Shown: positions 5,164 to 5,526 of the stretch, piece by piece
Layout of the letters: each line of letters begins with the position of its first letter
How positions within the stretch are numbered: the first letter of the stretch is position 1
UHGV virus genome: UHGV-0397512
Reading direction: 5' to 3' (one strand)
DNA from: a virus
DNA: 5,526 bases
The notes under the pieces: model-generated
What the model was told of the DNA's origin: nothing
Database searches by the model: none
What the model saw: only the letters and a program-made list of their open reading frames with translations
Position numbers and translations under genes: made by a program

Positions 5164-5526
5164 ATGGACTTTAAAAAACTATTAGAATTACTCGAAAAAG
5201 GAGAGGATGTTATGAACCCTTTATCGGGAATCATGGGTAAAGCATCAGGAATCCTCAACATGCTGGGCATAGGCAGGAGGAAACAGATAGAGCAACAAAA
5301 AGAAATGGTGGAGAACGCAGCCCAAATAAATTACAAATATGGAGAAATGGCTGCGAATAACGCATTCGAAAGACAGCAAGTGTTATATAACAGAACCTAT
5401 CAAGACCAAAGCTACGCCAACCAAGTCGCACAAATGGATGCGGCGGGATTATCTCCCGGCTTAATGTACGGCAAAGGAGGTGCCGGAGGCGGAGGAGCCG
5501 GTTCGACAACCGGTGCTCCAATGGGT
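5164..5526 (+). CDS. Minor capsid / DNA pilot protein (VP2-like), N-terminal portion. The ORF runs off the window end with a complete codon and continues in frame at nt 1.
   Basis: Translation gives MDFKKLLELLEKGEDVMNPLSGIMGKASGILNMLGIGRRKQIEQQKEMVENAAQINYKYGEMAANNAFERQQVLYNRTYQDQSYANQVAQMDAAGLSPGLMYGKGGAGGGGAGSTTGAPMG. The GLSPGLMYG motif followed by a Gly-rich tract is characteristic of microvirus VP2 N-terminal regions. 363 nt equals 121 complete codons, so the frame is phase-continuous with frame 1 at nt 1. An alternative start is Met at 5212, preceded by GGAGAGG (5200-5206) with 5-nt spacing. Confidence 0.7.
   Translation, partial: MDFKKLLELLEKGEDVMNPLSGIMGKASGILNMLGIGRRKQIEQQKEMVENAAQINYKYGEMAANNAFERQQVLYNRTYQDQSYANQVAQMDAAGLSPGLMYGKGGAGGGGAGSTTGAPMG

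Noticed and set aside
255-5521. All minus-strand ORFs (for example 255..461, 478..678, 543..764, 1287..1493, 1914..2138, 2345..2617, 2584..2802, 3302..3712, 4228..4696, 4762..5031, 5255..5521).
   Set aside because: They are Phe/Ser/Cys/Val-rich low-complexity translations of the complement of an A-rich coding strand. Each lies entirely inside a well-supported + strand gene. ssDNA microviruses encode everything on one strand.
1-5526. CRISPR arrays, tRNA/rRNA genes, IS elements, integrase and attachment sites.
   Set aside because: There are no repeat-spacer periodicity, no cloverleaf-capable or rRNA-like segments, and no transposase or integrase-like ORFs. The whole window is accounted for by phage genes plus one short intergenic region.

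Overview
The window reads as one complete, linearised circular genome (about 5.5 kb) of a small ssDNA phage of the family Microviridae. The lineage looks gokushovirus- or alpavirus-like rather than phiX-like. All credible genes are on the + strand and tightly packed, with ATGA and near-abutting stop/start junctions.

Gene order, with circular wrap-around:
- VP2-like minor capsid/DNA-pilot protein, 5164..5526 continuing in frame into 1..846.
- VP4-like rolling-circle replication initiator, 885..1742, carrying the HUH motifs FATLTF, HLHGIVW and YIIKYITKK.
- A cluster of small ORFs of unknown function at 1720..2630, including an unlisted 56-aa single-pass membrane protein at 2153..2323.
- VP1/F-family major capsid protein, 2634..4679 (681 aa).
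- A 107-aa hypothetical protein, 4684..5007.
- The only sizeable non-coding region, 5008..5163, which holds a perfect G6/C7 hairpin followed by a T-tract (5037..5069).

The + strand is visibly A-rich and T-poor. Alternative frames therefore contain few stop codons, and long Arg/Ser/Asn-rich alternative-frame ORFs and all minus-strand ORFs are treated as compositional artefacts. No rRNA, tRNA, CRISPR, transposase or integrase signal was seen.
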